NCBI RefSeq assembly: GCF_001194135.2
Contig: NC_068984.1
Span: 116,700,022-116,763,587, forward strand
Length of the DNA stretch: 63,566 nt
Source: Octopus bimaculoides
Taxonomy: Eukaryota
Direction of reading: 5' to 3'
In this document: piece after piece, positions 12,745-24,772 of the stretch
Layout of the letters: each line of letters opens with the position of its first letter
How positions within the stretch are numbered: the stretch's first letter is position 1
Position numbers and translations under genes: made by a program
The notes under the pieces: generated by a model
The model's database searches: none
What the model saw: only the letters and a program-made list of their open reading frames with translations
What the model was told of the DNA's origin: nothing

Positions 12745-13370
12745 CGCGAGCTGGCAGAATTGTTAGCACGTTAAGCAAAATGCTTAGTGATATTTCATAC
12801 GTCTTTGCATTCTGAATTCGTACCGCCCAGGTTGACTTTGCAGTTCATTCTTTCGAATTTGATAAAATAAATACCAGTCAAGTACTGGGATCGATGTGAC
12901 TTGCCCACTTAGCCGAAATTGCTGGCTTTGTTCCAAAATTTGAAACCAACATCATTGGTAATCATTACTAACGGCATCGACGACGGCGAACTAGCAGAAT
13001 TGTTAGCGTTTCGGAAGAAATACATCGCGGTATCTCTTTTGCTTTTTTACGCGCTGAGTTTAATTCCTGCTAAGGCAACTGCATTTCGTCCTTCCATAGT
13101 CAATAAAACTAAGTACCTTATTTTGACGGAATAAAAGCCACACTTTGATGGCAGATATCATGCGTTTTTCTCCAAAGAAATGTTTCAAAGGCGGCGAGCT
13201 GGCAGAAATGTTAGCGCGCCGGGCGAAATGCTTAGCGGTATTTCGTTTGCCGTTACGTTCTGAGTTCAAATTCCGCCGAGGTCGACTTTGCCTTTCATCC
13301 TTTCGGGGTCGATTAAATAAGTACCAGTTACGCACTGGGGTCAATATAATCGACTTAATCCATTTGTCCC
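12745..13370 (+). mobile_element. three head-to-tail SINE family C copies
   Basis: Heads GCGAGCTGGCAGAA at ~12746, ~12985 (diverged) and ~13194. Confidence 0.8.
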
Positions 13371-14368
13371 NNNNNNNNNNNNNNNNNNNNNNNNNNNNNN
13401 NNNNNNNNNNNNNNNNNNNNNNNNNNNNNNNNNNNNNNNNNNNNNNNNNNNNNNNNNNNNNNNNNNNNNNNNNNNNNNNNNNNNNNNNNNNNNNNNNNNN
13501 NNNNNNNNNNNNNNNNNNNNNNNNNNNNNNNNNNNNNNNNNNNNNNNNNNNNNNNNNNNNNNNNNNNNNNNNNNNNNNNNNNNNNNNNNNNNNNNNNNNN
13601 NNNNNNNNNNNNNNNNNNNNNNNNNNNNNNNNNNNNNNNNNNNNNNNNNNNNNNNNNNNNNNNNNNNNNNNNNNNNNNNNNNNNNNNNNNNNNNNNNNNN
13701 NNNNNNNNNNNNNNNNNNNNNNNNNNNNNNNNNNNNNNNNNNNNNNNNNNNNNNNNNNNNNNNNNNNNNNNNNNNNNNNNNNNNNNNNNNNNNNNNNNNN
13801 NNNNNNNNNNNNNNNNNNNNNNNNNNNNNNNNNNNNNNNNNNNNNNNNNNNNNNNNNNNNNNNNNNNNNNNNNNNNNNNNNNNNNNNNNNNNAGAAAGTC
13901 ACCTCCAAGGAAAAATACATTTTTACCAGAATAATCATTCTGCATAAATTCCATCAGAGGCTGTTACTTTTACCTACATTTCTTCTTCGAACCAGAAGTG
14001 TAGGTAATAGAAATGACATTCTTTGCATTGTCTATATAATGCGTAAACAACCACATTAGCAATTGTTTTCTCCTTATATTCCTTTGGATTAAGTTTATTT
14101 ATACAACTTCCATTGTCCATACATAGGACATTTGGTTTATCACCCTCATTGTCCATTTATCAAACAGCATAGAATTATTGTACAGGTTATGTTTTAGGAC
14201 CAGATATTTCTGGACAAACTGTTTTATCAATATCATTTGGGGTCAATCTTAGCATCTCGTTCTAAGATGATTCAAATATGAGCATGAGGAAGGTTACGTT
14301 TTTAAAATTCTATCGAATAAACAAAGTGACACAAGTTTACCAAATATTCAGTTTTTAAGAATTATCTG

Positions 14369-14770
14369 AAGGCAAGGCTGTGTGAATAAAACGATCGCTT
14401 TGCAACCACGTGGTACCGGCTTCAGTCCCCCTGCACGCATCTTTGGAAAGTATCTTCTACTATAACGCATGGCTGTCCAATGCCTTGTGAACGAGTTTGC
14501 CAGATGAAAACTGCAGGAGTCCATTGTATATGTGTGTGTGTGTGTGTGTTTGTGTATGTGTGTATGTGTGTAAGTTTATGTCTTTGTTCTTGTCACCTGC
14601 CACCGCTCGACAACCAACGTTGGTTTGCTTGCGTCACCGCAACGTAGCGGTTCAACAAATGGGAAAGACAGAATAAGTACCACACTTAAATACATGTACA
14701 GTGGTCGATTTGTTTGATTAAGACTTCCAAGGCAGTGCCCCAGAATTGTCGCAGTCTAGTGACTGAAAGA
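14369..14770 (+). mobile_element. SINE family B (diverged), inserted in the Helitron Rep
   Basis: Both halves plus an internal (TG)n tract. Confidence 0.75.
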
Positions 14771-15112
14771 TATCAATATCATTAAGATATCATTCATATT
14801 CAGCTTCATATTTAACACTTTGGTTATCTGATGTCTGTTACAAATAGATTATTCTATATTTCTGTCCATTTTAGATTAGCAGTCTCACTAATTAATAAAT
14901 CAGCATTTCCATTTGTTGTTACTATGGCCATGGTATCATGGCACTTCTCTCTCATGGTCTATGGAAGACCTCAGAAATATGCTATTCTTCATACTTGCAC
15001 ACTAACTTTGTTGGCAATATGAGCTAAATGACAAGATAATCAATTGTTTATATTGCTCGGCTAATACGTTGCTGCGAACGGATATACTTCAAGTTACTTG
15101 CCTCAACATATA

Positions 15113-16256
15113 TCAGGTCATCCCATAAGTTCTATCCGATTTTACCTTTTTTCAAATTGAATTAAATTAATAGCATTTTATAATGTCGAATAAAATATAA
15201 AATTATTTTTATACATTTGTGTACATTTAAACTAATTAAATATTATTTTACAGAATAATAGAATTAAAATTGTTTTGATTAAAATCCTTTCTAACATGGA
15301 AATATCCAAAGAGCATTTGAGGTACATAATGCTTTATGAGTACAAAAAAGGAAACTCTGCAGCCGAAGCGACTCGAAACATACACTCAGTTTATGGGAAA
15401 GAATGCTTGAATGAAAGAACTTGCAGAAGATGGTTTACAAAATTCAGAAGTGGAGATTTTAGCCTTGAAGATGAAGATCGAACAGGACGTCCAGTTGAGT
15501 TTGATGCTAAGCTCCTTGAGGCATTACTTGAAGAAAATGCTGCATTGTCAGTTGAAGAATTGGCAATAAAGCTTAGTTCAAACTACACAACTGTTCATCG
15601 TCATCTTCAACAACTTGGAAAGGTTCCTAAACTTGGAATTTGGGTGCCTCATGAATTGTCCGAAAGCAACCGCAAATCCCGAGTTGACATCTGCTCTTCT
15701 CTCCATTCTCGCGAACTCATTTGACCCCTTTTTGGATAGACTTATGACTGGTGACGAAAAATGGATCTTCTATCGAAATGTTAAACGTCATAAACAGTGG
15801 CTTGGTAAAAGGGAAAAAGCTCAACCACAACCGAGAAGGGAACTTCATGGCAAAAAGGTTCTTCTCTCTATTTGGTGAGACTGCAAAGGAGTAATTCACT
15901 TTGAATTGTTACCACCTAATGCCACAATCAATGCTCAAGTCTACTGTCAGCAATTAGAGCGTTTGAACTAAGCTTGAAGAAAAAAAGTCCCGCTTTAGTG
16001 AATCAAAAGGGAGTGATGTTTCATTAGGATAATGCGCGACCCCACACTGCAAAGATCACATCACAAAAGATCGAAGAGCTTGGTTGGGAAAAAATTCCTC
16101 ATCCACCTTATTCTCCTGACCTTGTTCCTTCAGACTATCATTTGTTTCGTAGTTTACAGAATCATTTGGGGGACATAACTTTCGCAAGTAAGGAGGAGGT
16201 CGAAACTGACATTTCAGAGTTCTTCGCTTTGAGACCAAAAGAATTTTACATTGATG
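15113..16256 (+). mobile_element. mariner (D,D34D) transposon, 3'-truncated pseudogene
   Basis: TA then TCAGGTCATCCCATAAGTTC terminus; ORF 15275-15724 with paired HTH (AAEATRNI..WFTKFRSGDFSLED..GRP, WVPHEL); TGDEKW; DNARPH..HPPYSPDLVPSD (34 residues between the last two D). Frameshift and stops; right TIR absent. Confidence 0.95.
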
Positions 16257-16260
16257 TGTA

Positions 16261-16812
16261 CAAATTCCGCTGAGGTCGACTTTGCCTTTCATCCTTTCGA
16301 GGTCGATAAACCAGGTATCAGTTGAGTACTGGGGTCGATGTAATCGACTTACCCCACACCCCACACTGAAATTGCTGGCCTTGTACCAAAATTTGAAACT
16401 AATATTTGGAAGAGTTAATGAACTATACAGAACTAAAACATTAAAACATCGAAGTCAACATTATACTTTATAATTCAGTTCTTTCCTTTGTATCCATGAG
16501 TGCACAGTTTACTGACTCAACTGGACATGGTCCTTGTTTCAGAGTTCATGGTCAAATCCATCACTGCATGATTAACTGCACCCAAATGATAGTGAGCAGT
16601 GACTTTTTGCACAGCTCTACGTTGTAGAATATAAAGAAGCAGATGATACTTGAACAAGTGATAGATACATAATTATAACTGCTTAGAAGAAATAATTTAA
16701 AATCTTATATGCAAAGGGTGAAAAACATTAAGGGAAGTCAGGCGTAAAGACGGACGAAATGCTGCTAAGCATTTTGCTCGGTGTGCTAACAATTCATCCA
16801 GTTCGCTGCCTC
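16261..16812. mobile_element. single SINE family C copy split by an inversion (3' half on + at 16261-16405, head on - at 16735-16812)
   Basis: Head ends ..TTTACGCCTGACTT (16735) and tail starts CAAATTCCGCTGAGG (16261); these are contiguous in the family consensus TGAGTT|CAAATTCC. Confidence 0.8.
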
Positions 16813-16821
16813 TCCTGAAAA

Positions 16822-17010
16822 TACCGGTTTCAAATTTTGACACAAGGCCAGCAGGTCTGAGGGAGGGGTTAAGTTGATTACATTGACTCCAGTGTTCAAT
16901 CCCAAAATGATGAAAGCTTAAGTCGACCTCGGCGGAATTTGAACTCGGAACTTAAAGATGGTTGAAATGCTGCTAAGTATTTTGTTAGCCCGCTGCCTTA
17001 ACTCCGCCAA
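16822..17010 (-). mobile_element. SINE family C
   Basis: GTCGACCTCGGCGGAATTTGAACTC. Confidence 0.75.
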
Positions 17011-17204
17011 TTATTAAAAAATTCATCACGCTGATGCTGTAACAAAGCGTTATCCTTATGACAGCAGTTGTGAAATTTCTTAACGTTGGGAGTTTGATGA
17101 ATCACAAAACTAACATACAATTTCTATTTTTCCACAACTATATTCCTCACGTATCATTATTTGCTTCAATTTAGCTTCTAACTTTTCCCGCGAGTCATAA
17201 TTCT

Positions 17205-17437
17205 CTGCCGGCGAGCTGGCGGAATCGTTAGCGTGCCGGGTGAAATGCTTAACGGTATTTCGTCTGCTGATACGTTTTGAGTTCAAATTCCACCGAGGTC
17301 GATTTTGCCTTTTATCCTTTAAGGGTCGATAAATTAAGTACCAGTTACGCACTGGGGTCGATGCAATCGACTTAATCCTTTTGTCTGTCCTTGTTTGTCC
17401 CCTCTATGTTTAGCCCCCTGTGGGCAATAAAGAAATA
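17205..17437 (+). mobile_element. SINE family C, full length
   Basis: Head through the GGGCAATAAAGAAATA tail; near-identical to the 13187 copy. Confidence 0.85.
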
Positions 17438-17933
17438 CGTAATTCTCAACCTCTCTTCTATTTTCTGCCTTCCATTTTGTCAATCGGGAACACCTGGATT
17501 GCAGATTTCGGTACCCTTTTATTCCCTTCTATGCTGGAGTTGTTCTTGAGGTAAATATTTTGATGATGTGCACAGCTAACAGATACCATTCTTTACGTCA
17601 CAGTTTTGAGGCTGAATCTTGGTTTCATTATGTTAGGTTCGTCACTGTAAAAGATACGAAACTTGCCTTTAATTGTCTCATATTTTCAGTATTCGAGCAG
17701 CTTGAACACTTTCATTATCTTTTCTGTCTGCAATACTCCCGCCTTCAATCCATATCTTTCCTTTGATTTCATCTTGCGATAACTTTGTTCCTTCTTGCTG
17801 CGACGCTAATTTTATATATTCTCATTTCCTCTATTTTTTCTCCTGGGGATAAATGGTCTGTTCTTTCTGCAAATCTTTCTTTTATCCTACTTCCTTTCTT
17901 ATGTTTCCTTTTGTGTTGAATTTCTTCTATGAG

Positions 17934-17978
<45 letters not shown>

Positions 17979-18402
17979 ATTCTCTTCCTTTTCACCACTT
18001 CTTCTTGTGATGCACCAAGTCATTCCAAATAGTTTCTTAAGTAATCGTTTTCTCTCTTAGTCTCCCGTTCATATTCTTTTTCTTTTTTTTCTTTTTGTTG
18101 CAACAATGACCGTTTCCTGCGTTGGACATTTTCAGTTCTTGCAGCTGCAGTTTCACTTTGAACTTTATCGTTCTCTCTCCCTCTCCTGTTTTTTTTTTCT
18201 TCTTTCTTTTACGTTCTAGTCTTTATTGCTATTCTTTTTCAGTTTCCTTAGTTTTATGTAGTTTTACAAAACAATTATTTGGAAATTTTAACATAAGTTC
18301 TCTTCATTTACTTCATTGTTAACTGTTAAAAAAACGTCTAAAACGTTTACCAAGTTCTCTAGTAGTTTTCAGGTTCGGTTTTCTTGATTCCTTAAACAAT
18401 AT

Positions 18403-18758
18403 AGGCGCAGGAGTTGCTGTGTAGTAAGTAGCTTACTTACCAACCACATGGCACCTGGTTCAGTCCCACTGCGTGGCATCTTGGGCAAGTGTCTTCTTCT
18501 ATAGCCTCGGGCCGACCAAAGCCTAGTGAGTGGATTTGGTAGACGGAAACTGAAAGAAGCTCGTCGTATTTATGTATATATATTATGTCTCAAGCTACTG
18601 CTATCTAGCACCTTCGGATGATCTCTACTCAACCGCTACACAACTGCTACTCGACTGCTACTCGACTGCTACTCAACACACCTACCACGGCCAGACTACC
18701 TCTATTTATATGTCTTGGGAGATCCTACTTCTTCGCCTGGGGGCGTCGACACATATAC

Positions 18759-18802
<44 letters not shown>

Positions 18803-19015
18803 ATGTTTGTGTGTTTGTGTTTGTCCCCCAAGCATTGCTTGACAACCGATGCTGGTGTGTTCATGTCCCCGTCAATTAGCGGTTCGGCAAAAGAGACCGA
18901 TAGAATAAGTACAAGGCTTACAAAGAATAAGTCATGGGGTCGATTTACTCGACTAAAGGCGGTGCTCCAGCATGGCCGCAGTCAAATGATTGAAACAAGT
19001 AAAAGTGTAAAAGAG
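18403..19015 (+). mobile_element. SINE family B, full length with a ~165-bp foreign insert in its internal microsatellite
   Basis: 5' half 18403-18575, insert ~18585-18750, (TG)n, 3' half to 19015. Confidence 0.85.
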
Positions 19016-19544
19016 AATTATTTGGAAAAAACTTTATGTATGCCATATATTAACAACGTTTATATCGTCTGCGGCTTCATTCATATAACATAACCCTTTC
19101 TCTCCCATACTTTCTCTGTCTTCTGCCGTCACAATTACTGTTTTGTCATTACATAGTAACTGTCGTTCTCCAGTAAGCTCTTTCAGAATTTTAGAATTTT
19201 AATTCCTAACGATAAAGTAGTTCGTTGGTATTGAAACTGAATAATGAATTTAAGAAAAAAGCTGTGAAATGCGACCGCGAACGCAAACCCCACCTTTAAA
19301 AATAGTGCACGTGTATCGCCATATTTTAGGAAATCGCAAAAGTCAACCCAACTGTAATGCAACAGAAGGGCCTCACTTTGGATAAACCATGTTTCACCCT
19401 TGCGCTTGAGTAGTTTGATTTAAGATTATCATATACAATATTGCACAGTTCAAATAGATTACTACTGTATTCCAAGCAAATAACCCTCCCATAAATACGA
19501 AATAAAAGTAAAAGAAAAAAGAAAACGGTTGTACAAGATATAAG

Positions 19545-20110
19545 CATAGTTGTTTGATAATTAAACTCGCTTTGCAGACATATGGTTTCAGGTTCAGTTC
19601 CACTGCACTGCACCTTGGGCAAGTGTCTTCTACCCTAGCCTCGGGCCGACCAGTGCCTTGTGAGTGAATTTGGTAGGTGAAAACTGTGTGGAAGCTCATC
19701 TAGAATAACCATCTATGTACCATACTTAAGGCGCATACACCATTGAATACGTATACTTGTGTACGCGTTTTATTGTGTGTTTGCATGTGTGTGTGTGTGT
19801 GTGTGTATGTGTGTATGTGTGTGTGTGTGTGTTTACGCACGTGCGTGTATGTGTGTGTTTACGTATGTGAGTGTATGTGTGTGTGTGTGTTGGATTTGTG
19901 AAGTATATGTTCCTCCCAACCGCTTGATAACTGGTGCTGGTTTGTTTACGTTCTCTTAAGTTATTGCTTCCGCCAAAGAGATCGATAGAAGAAGTACCAG
20001 ACTCCCCCCAAAAAACAAATACTGGGATCGATTTGTTATATTAAAACCCTTCAAGGTGATGGTCCAGCATGGCCGCACTCCAGTTACTGAAACAAGTAAA
20101 AGATAAAAGA
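19545..20110 (+). mobile_element. SINE family B (diverged)
   Basis: CACCTTGGGCAAGTGTCTTC..GCCTCGGGCCGACC..CCAGCATGGCCGCA. Confidence 0.75.
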
Positions 20111-20779
20111 TGCATTATCATGAGATTATAAAAAGTAGACATAGCAAAATTTGTATAATGTTGTATTTTTTGCGGTTTGATTTGTTTTTCTAATATCCAG
20201 AATTGACTTTGTAACAAAATACAACGAGAAAACAAATATGAAATGAGAAGATATGATGGAAGAGACTTCAGATGGAAATATTAAATGCTGATAAAAATAC
20301 GGAACGATTACAATACAGTTAAATTGGATAATCATTCTGGATATGAATTTATGTGACCAAAAAGCTGATCTTAACACTGCATTCTTTTTGTATATTTTTG
20401 TGTATTTTCGTGCAAGCCTGCATAAATCTTGGAGGTAATACATCAGTCTAGTCATAAACACAATGATAATGAACCAACTTACTTTAATTGACTTACTTGG
20501 AATTGAAGCACAAATTATCTGATGCCAAAGAAAAACCAAAAAAGATCACAGTAATAATAATAATACAGATATAGAACATGAAAAATGGTTGGTATTCTAT
20601 AAACGTTTATCGAATAACGCGCAAAAATTTTGAGTTAGAGATTGATTCTTTAATGATAATAAGTTATTCCATTTATCTTTGCAGCTCATATTAACGTTTG
20701 TACATTAATCGATTTACTCTTCGTGTTTCAAACATCTAGAGATGCTTTCAAATATAATTATAGGCTCTGATCCGCTAAA

Positions 20780-21080
20780 TTCCAGGAGGAGTACATTAAT
20801 AGGTGTACTATTTTGGGTACACAAAATTACTGTCATAGATGCGGATGCTATTTCAATACTGAGACGATTAGAATGATACAGTTGGTTTTTATTTGACCTT
20901 AGGCATATGAGACAAAAACCATAAATTACGTTAGAAATACTGGAGATATAGATGAAAGCAAGGAGATGAGTAAACCATCATATTTGCTTCTAATCCAACT
21001 AGATGGAGAAGAAGCGAAAATGGGGGCTTGTTTCACGATGGTCTGAACGTTCATGACCTGGATGACAAGTTCAGTTTGTG
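20780..21080 (+). mobile_element. possible highly decayed RTE-like LINE remnant
   Basis: Only faint similarity to RTE RT C-terminal motifs (AYETKT.., KRKWG..) with many stops. Confidence 0.2.
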
Positions 21081-21095
21081 CAGACCAAAGGAACC

Positions 21096-21132
<37 letters not shown>

Positions 21133-21234
21133 TGCAAAATAGCGTGGTTTATAGTTTACCGGAAGCGGAAGTAGTGAAAAAGAAGGATATGAGCAAGGAA
21201 AACGACAATCAGGTTGAGATTTTTAAAAAAAGGG

Positions 21235-21400
21235 TTTATGGGTTCCGTTAATTTTTTTCTGTAAAAACATAACTGAAGAACCCCAATACTTCTTTTAAGT
21301 CTGGCACTTATTATGTCAGTCTCCTTTTGGCCGAACTGCTTCATTGCGAGGACATAAACAAATCAACATCGGTTCTCGATCGGTGAGAAAAACACAAACA
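21235..21400 (-). mobile_element. SINE family B, 3' half
   Basis: CCTTTTGGCCGAACTGCT..GGACATAAACA..AACATCGGTT. Confidence 0.6.
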
Positions 21401-22601
21401 TACACAAAAACTCATACACACCGACATTGTCCGTCTGTCCACACACACACGTAAGGTTTAATTTGTGTATACAAATTTAATTTGCGGTCCATGGGAAGAG
21501 CCGTTTTAACGATGCATCCTACCCAGCTCTTCGAAACGCCGGTGGTAAAACGGGGGTAGCTGATGAAGGAAAATGTTCTCTATGTGGCTTGTGTGTTTTC
21601 TTGTCTACGTTTTGTTTGCAATGTCCTGTACCCAGATATGCACCTATACATACAGGTGGATGTCGGTATGCACATACCTGTACGTATATATGCATATACT
21701 CATTTACTATTTGTTTTTACATGACCGAACGCAGCGTCACCAATTTGTAAGTAGTTATCACAACTTTATATTTTCCTACGCNNNNNNNNNNNNNNNNNNN
21801 NNNNNNNNNNNNNNNNNNNNNNNNNNNNNNNNNNNNNNNNNNNNNNNNNNNNNNNNNNNNNNNNNNNNNNNNNNNNNNNNNNNNNNNNNNNNNNNNNNNN
21901 NNNNNNNNNNNNNNNNNNNNNNNNNNNNNNNNNNNNNNNNNNNNNNNNNNNNNNNNNNNNNNNNNNNNNNNNNNNNNNNNNNNNNNNNNNNNNNNNNNNN
22001 NNNNNNNNNNNNNNNNNNNNNNNNNNNNNNNNNNNNNNNNNNNNNNNNNNNNNNNNNNNNNNNNNNNNNNNNNNNNNNNNNNNNNNNNNNNNNNNNNNNN
22101 NNNNNNNNNNNNNNNNNNNNNNNNNNNNNNNNNNNNNNNNNNNNNNNNNNNNNNNNNNNNNNNNNNNNNNNNNNNNNNNNNNNNNNNNNNNNNNNNNNNN
22201 NNNNNNNNNNNNNNNNNNNNNNNNNNNNNNNNNNNNNNNNNNNNNNNNNNNNNNNNNNNNNNNNNNNNNNNNNNNNNNNNNNNNNNNNNNNNNNNNNNNN
22301 NNNNNNNNNNNNNNNNNNNNNNNNNNNNNNNNNNNNNNNNNNNNNNNNNNNNNNNNNNNNNNNNNNNNNNNNNNNNNNNNNNNNNNNNNNNNNNNNNNNN
22401 NNNNNNNNNNNNNNNNNNNNNNNNNNNNNNNNNNNNNNNNNNNNNNNNNNNNNNNNNNNNNNNNNNNNNNNNNNNNNNNNNNNNNNNNNNNNNNNNNNNN
22501 NNNNNNNNNNNNNNNNNNNNNNNNNNNNNNNNNNNNNNNNNNNNNNNNNNNNNNNNNNNNNNNNNNNNNNNNNNNNNNNNNNNNNNNNNNNNNNNNNNNN
22601 N

Positions 22602-22629
<28 letters not shown>

Positions 22630-22633
<4 letters not shown>

Positions 22634-22790
22634 GATGGGCTTCTCCAGAGTTTCGATCTACAACATTCACTTAGAAGACTTTGGTCGACCCAGGGGTATA
22701 CTAGAAAGTATTTTTCCAAGATGCCTCAAATGGAACTGAACCCGAAACCACGTGTCTGCAAAGTCATCTTCTTAACCTCGCAGGTATAAC
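22630..22790 (-). mobile_element. SINE family B, 5' half (diverged)
   Basis: ATGGGCTTCT..TTTGGTCGACCC..CCAAGATGCC..GAACTGAACCC. Confidence 0.65.
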
Positions 22791-22989
22791 TACGCCAATG
22801 CAGTTTTTTGTGAACGTTATTCAGTATACTAGTACTTAACTGAATTATCTGATTTCATGCCATAAATCCACTTGAATTATTTTCTTTAATTCGCTTCTTT
22901 TGAGAGAAAATAGACAAACAGATATGCAATAAGATAAACACTGGAACACAGACGTCATACAAAGACAACAATGGATAGATAGACATATA

Positions 22990-24040
22990 TTGGGTTGGAA
23001 CAAAAGTTAAAGCCGTTTCTTTTTTTAAAGTAAAATTGAGAAACAGTATTTAGATATTTGAACATTACTTTATTCAACCACATATGTTCCATTTCGCCCC
23101 ACTACAATCGCCATATTGAGGCAGTTTCATATCCCATCCTCCCAGAACTTGGCTCATGAACTGGTGTCGGTGGTTTTCACAGTTGTTCAATAAATTGAAT
23201 TAAGAGAATTACGTAGGGATCAAAATAAATGATAATCTGAAGATGCAAGATCAGGGGAATACGGTGAGTATGGTAGGGCATACCACCAATCTGTGCCAAT
23301 TTCTGCTGGTTCTGCAATGAAACATGAGATCCAGCGTTGTCCTGAAGGGAGACGACACTCTTCCAAATGGCAAATTCTGAACACTTTTATCGATTATCTC
23401 CTTTCGTCGGTCTAATTTGGAACAATAATGGTTTTAATTCAACATCTGATTTCGCAGAGGGAACTCATAATACACAATGCCCTTTCAATTTCACCAGATA
23501 TAGTGCATCCCCTTCTTCAGATATCGACCGGGTTTTAGAGTGATTAAGGATGGTTCATTTCATTTTCTGCAGTATCTTTTTCGCTCCGTATTGCTATAAG
23601 CAATCAATTTTTCATTACCTGCGATTGTTCGCTTCAAAACTGAATTGTTTCGTTGTTTTTGAGCAGAGAATAGCAAATGGAAATGTAGTCCATGAAATTT
23701 TTTACTGCTAAATTATGAGGCACCCAAACATCATAGAGATTCACGTATCTAAGTATTTTTAAATGCCTTATAACACTCATATGAGATATGTGGTGTAACT
23801 CTGCCATGTCTCGTGTCGTGTGACCGGGATTATTTCTTTTTATTAGCGTTTCGATTTGCTCATCATAAACGACTGTAGGCATGCTTGAACGTTCACGGCT
23901 TTCCAAATCAAAATTTTTACTCCTAAACCTAGCGATCACCGACAAACAGCCCGCTTATCTCAAGCTGCACGTATCTTTTTTGTTGTTTGTACCGTGTTTT
24001 TCTTTCGTTTTGATAATAGAAGAGCATCAAGTAGCAAAAT
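22990..24040 (-). mobile_element. mariner transposon fossil
   Basis: Terminus TA-TTGGGTTGGAACAAAAGTT; minus strand ARFRSKNFDLE..VWVPHNL (ORF 23634-23945) and PYSPDLASSDYHLF; many stops. Confidence 0.85.
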
Positions 24041-24044
24041 ATAT

Positions 24045-24246
24045 ATATAGATGTACTTGCACAGCAAGTGACCTGATCTGAGATCGTGTGCTGGAACGAA
24101 AACAATTGTAGCGTGGAAGGGTGTTTATAAGCCATTTAAGAAACACACAAAAACCGTTAGATTCACTTCAACATTTAAATTTAATTTGCCAAAATATTTT
24201 CGTCGCTTTGAGACCGCGACCTGTTCACTGACAAAATTCCGTGTGT
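24045..24246 (-). mobile_element. short non-coding Penelope-like terminal fragment carrying hammerhead H2
   Basis: Hammerhead motif followed by ~140 nt that end at a (TA)n tract. The Penelope assignment is inferred from the known association of minimal hammerheads with Penelope-like pseudo-LTRs. Confidence 0.5.
24185..24235 (-). ncRNA. minimal type I hammerhead ribozyme-like motif H2 with a swapped G3:C8 core
   Basis: TTTGTCA GTGAACA G GTCGC-GGTCTCAAA-GCGAC GAAA A-TA-T TT|TGGCAAA: 7-bp stem I (one G.U), 5-bp stem II, palindromic AATATT stem III. Confidence 0.7.
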
Positions 24247-24734
24247 NNNNNNNNNNNNNNNNNNNNNNNNNNNNNNNNNNNNNNNNNNNNNNNNNNNNNN
24301 NNNNNNNNNNNNNNNNNNNNNNNNNNNNNNNNNNNNNNNNNNNNNNNNNNNNNNNNNNNNNNNNNNNNNNNNNNNNNNNNNNNNNNNNNNNNNNNNNNNN
24401 NNNNNNNNNNNNNNNNNNNNNNNNNNNNNNNNNNNNNNNNNNNNNNNNNNNNNNNNNNNNNNNNNNNNNNNNNNNNNNNNNNNNNNNNNNNNNNNNNNNN
24501 NNNNNNNNNNNNNNNNNNNNNNNNNNNNNNNNNNNNNNNNNNNNNNNNNNNNNNNNNNNNNNNNNNNNNNNNNNNNNNNNNNNNNNNNNNNNNNNNNNNN
24601 NNNNNNNNNNNNNNNNNNNNNNNNNNNNNNNNNNNNNNNNNNNNNNNNNNNNNNNNNNNNNNNNNNNNNNNNNNNNNNNNNNNNNNNNNNNNNNNNNNNN
24701 NNNNNNNNNNNNNNNNNNNNNNNNNNNNNNNNNN

Positions 24735-24772
<38 letters not shown>

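Larger units (their letters stand above)
11850..18400 (-). mobile_element. fossil autonomous Helitron (Rep-helicase), fragmented by SINEs, a mariner, a gap and an inversion
   Basis: Colinear pieces on the minus strand: charged N-terminus (~18400-17440, weak); CGKIEIVC*FC..NCCHK (17200-17015); YNSVLSFVSM..GHGP-CFRVHGQI..LHP..FAQLY (16440-16730, inverted to +); MREKCHDTMAIV..DLLISETANLKWTEI (Rep motif I, 15110-14775); IEF*KRNLPHAHI (HUH motif, ~14276-14313); CMDNGSC..PKEYKEKTIAN..YALYR (14156-13980); PSGMPPHILKVKFGCIMMMVCNLDP (PIF1-like helicase, 12504-12430); PAFVITINK (~12000). Confidence 0.85.

Noticed and set aside
13894-13954. LGGDF as a LINE AP-endonuclease motif
   Set aside because: The adjacent frame matches Helitron Rep, which explains the whole region.
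17440-17940. R4/Dong pre-RT region colinear with 2041 and 35420
   Set aside because: Better explained as the charged N-terminus directly upstream of the Helitron zinc finger.
19394-19492. Second signal-peptide-like ORF MGGLFAWNTVVIYLNCAILYMIILNQTTQAQG (minus)
   Set aside because: Weak start context and donor, a second frame is equally open, and the sequence is AT-rich; likely chance.
21490-21580. Complete hammerhead from CGAAAC (21533) plus CTGATGA (21560)
   Set aside because: No circular permutation gives stems I, II and III with a matching NUH triplet.
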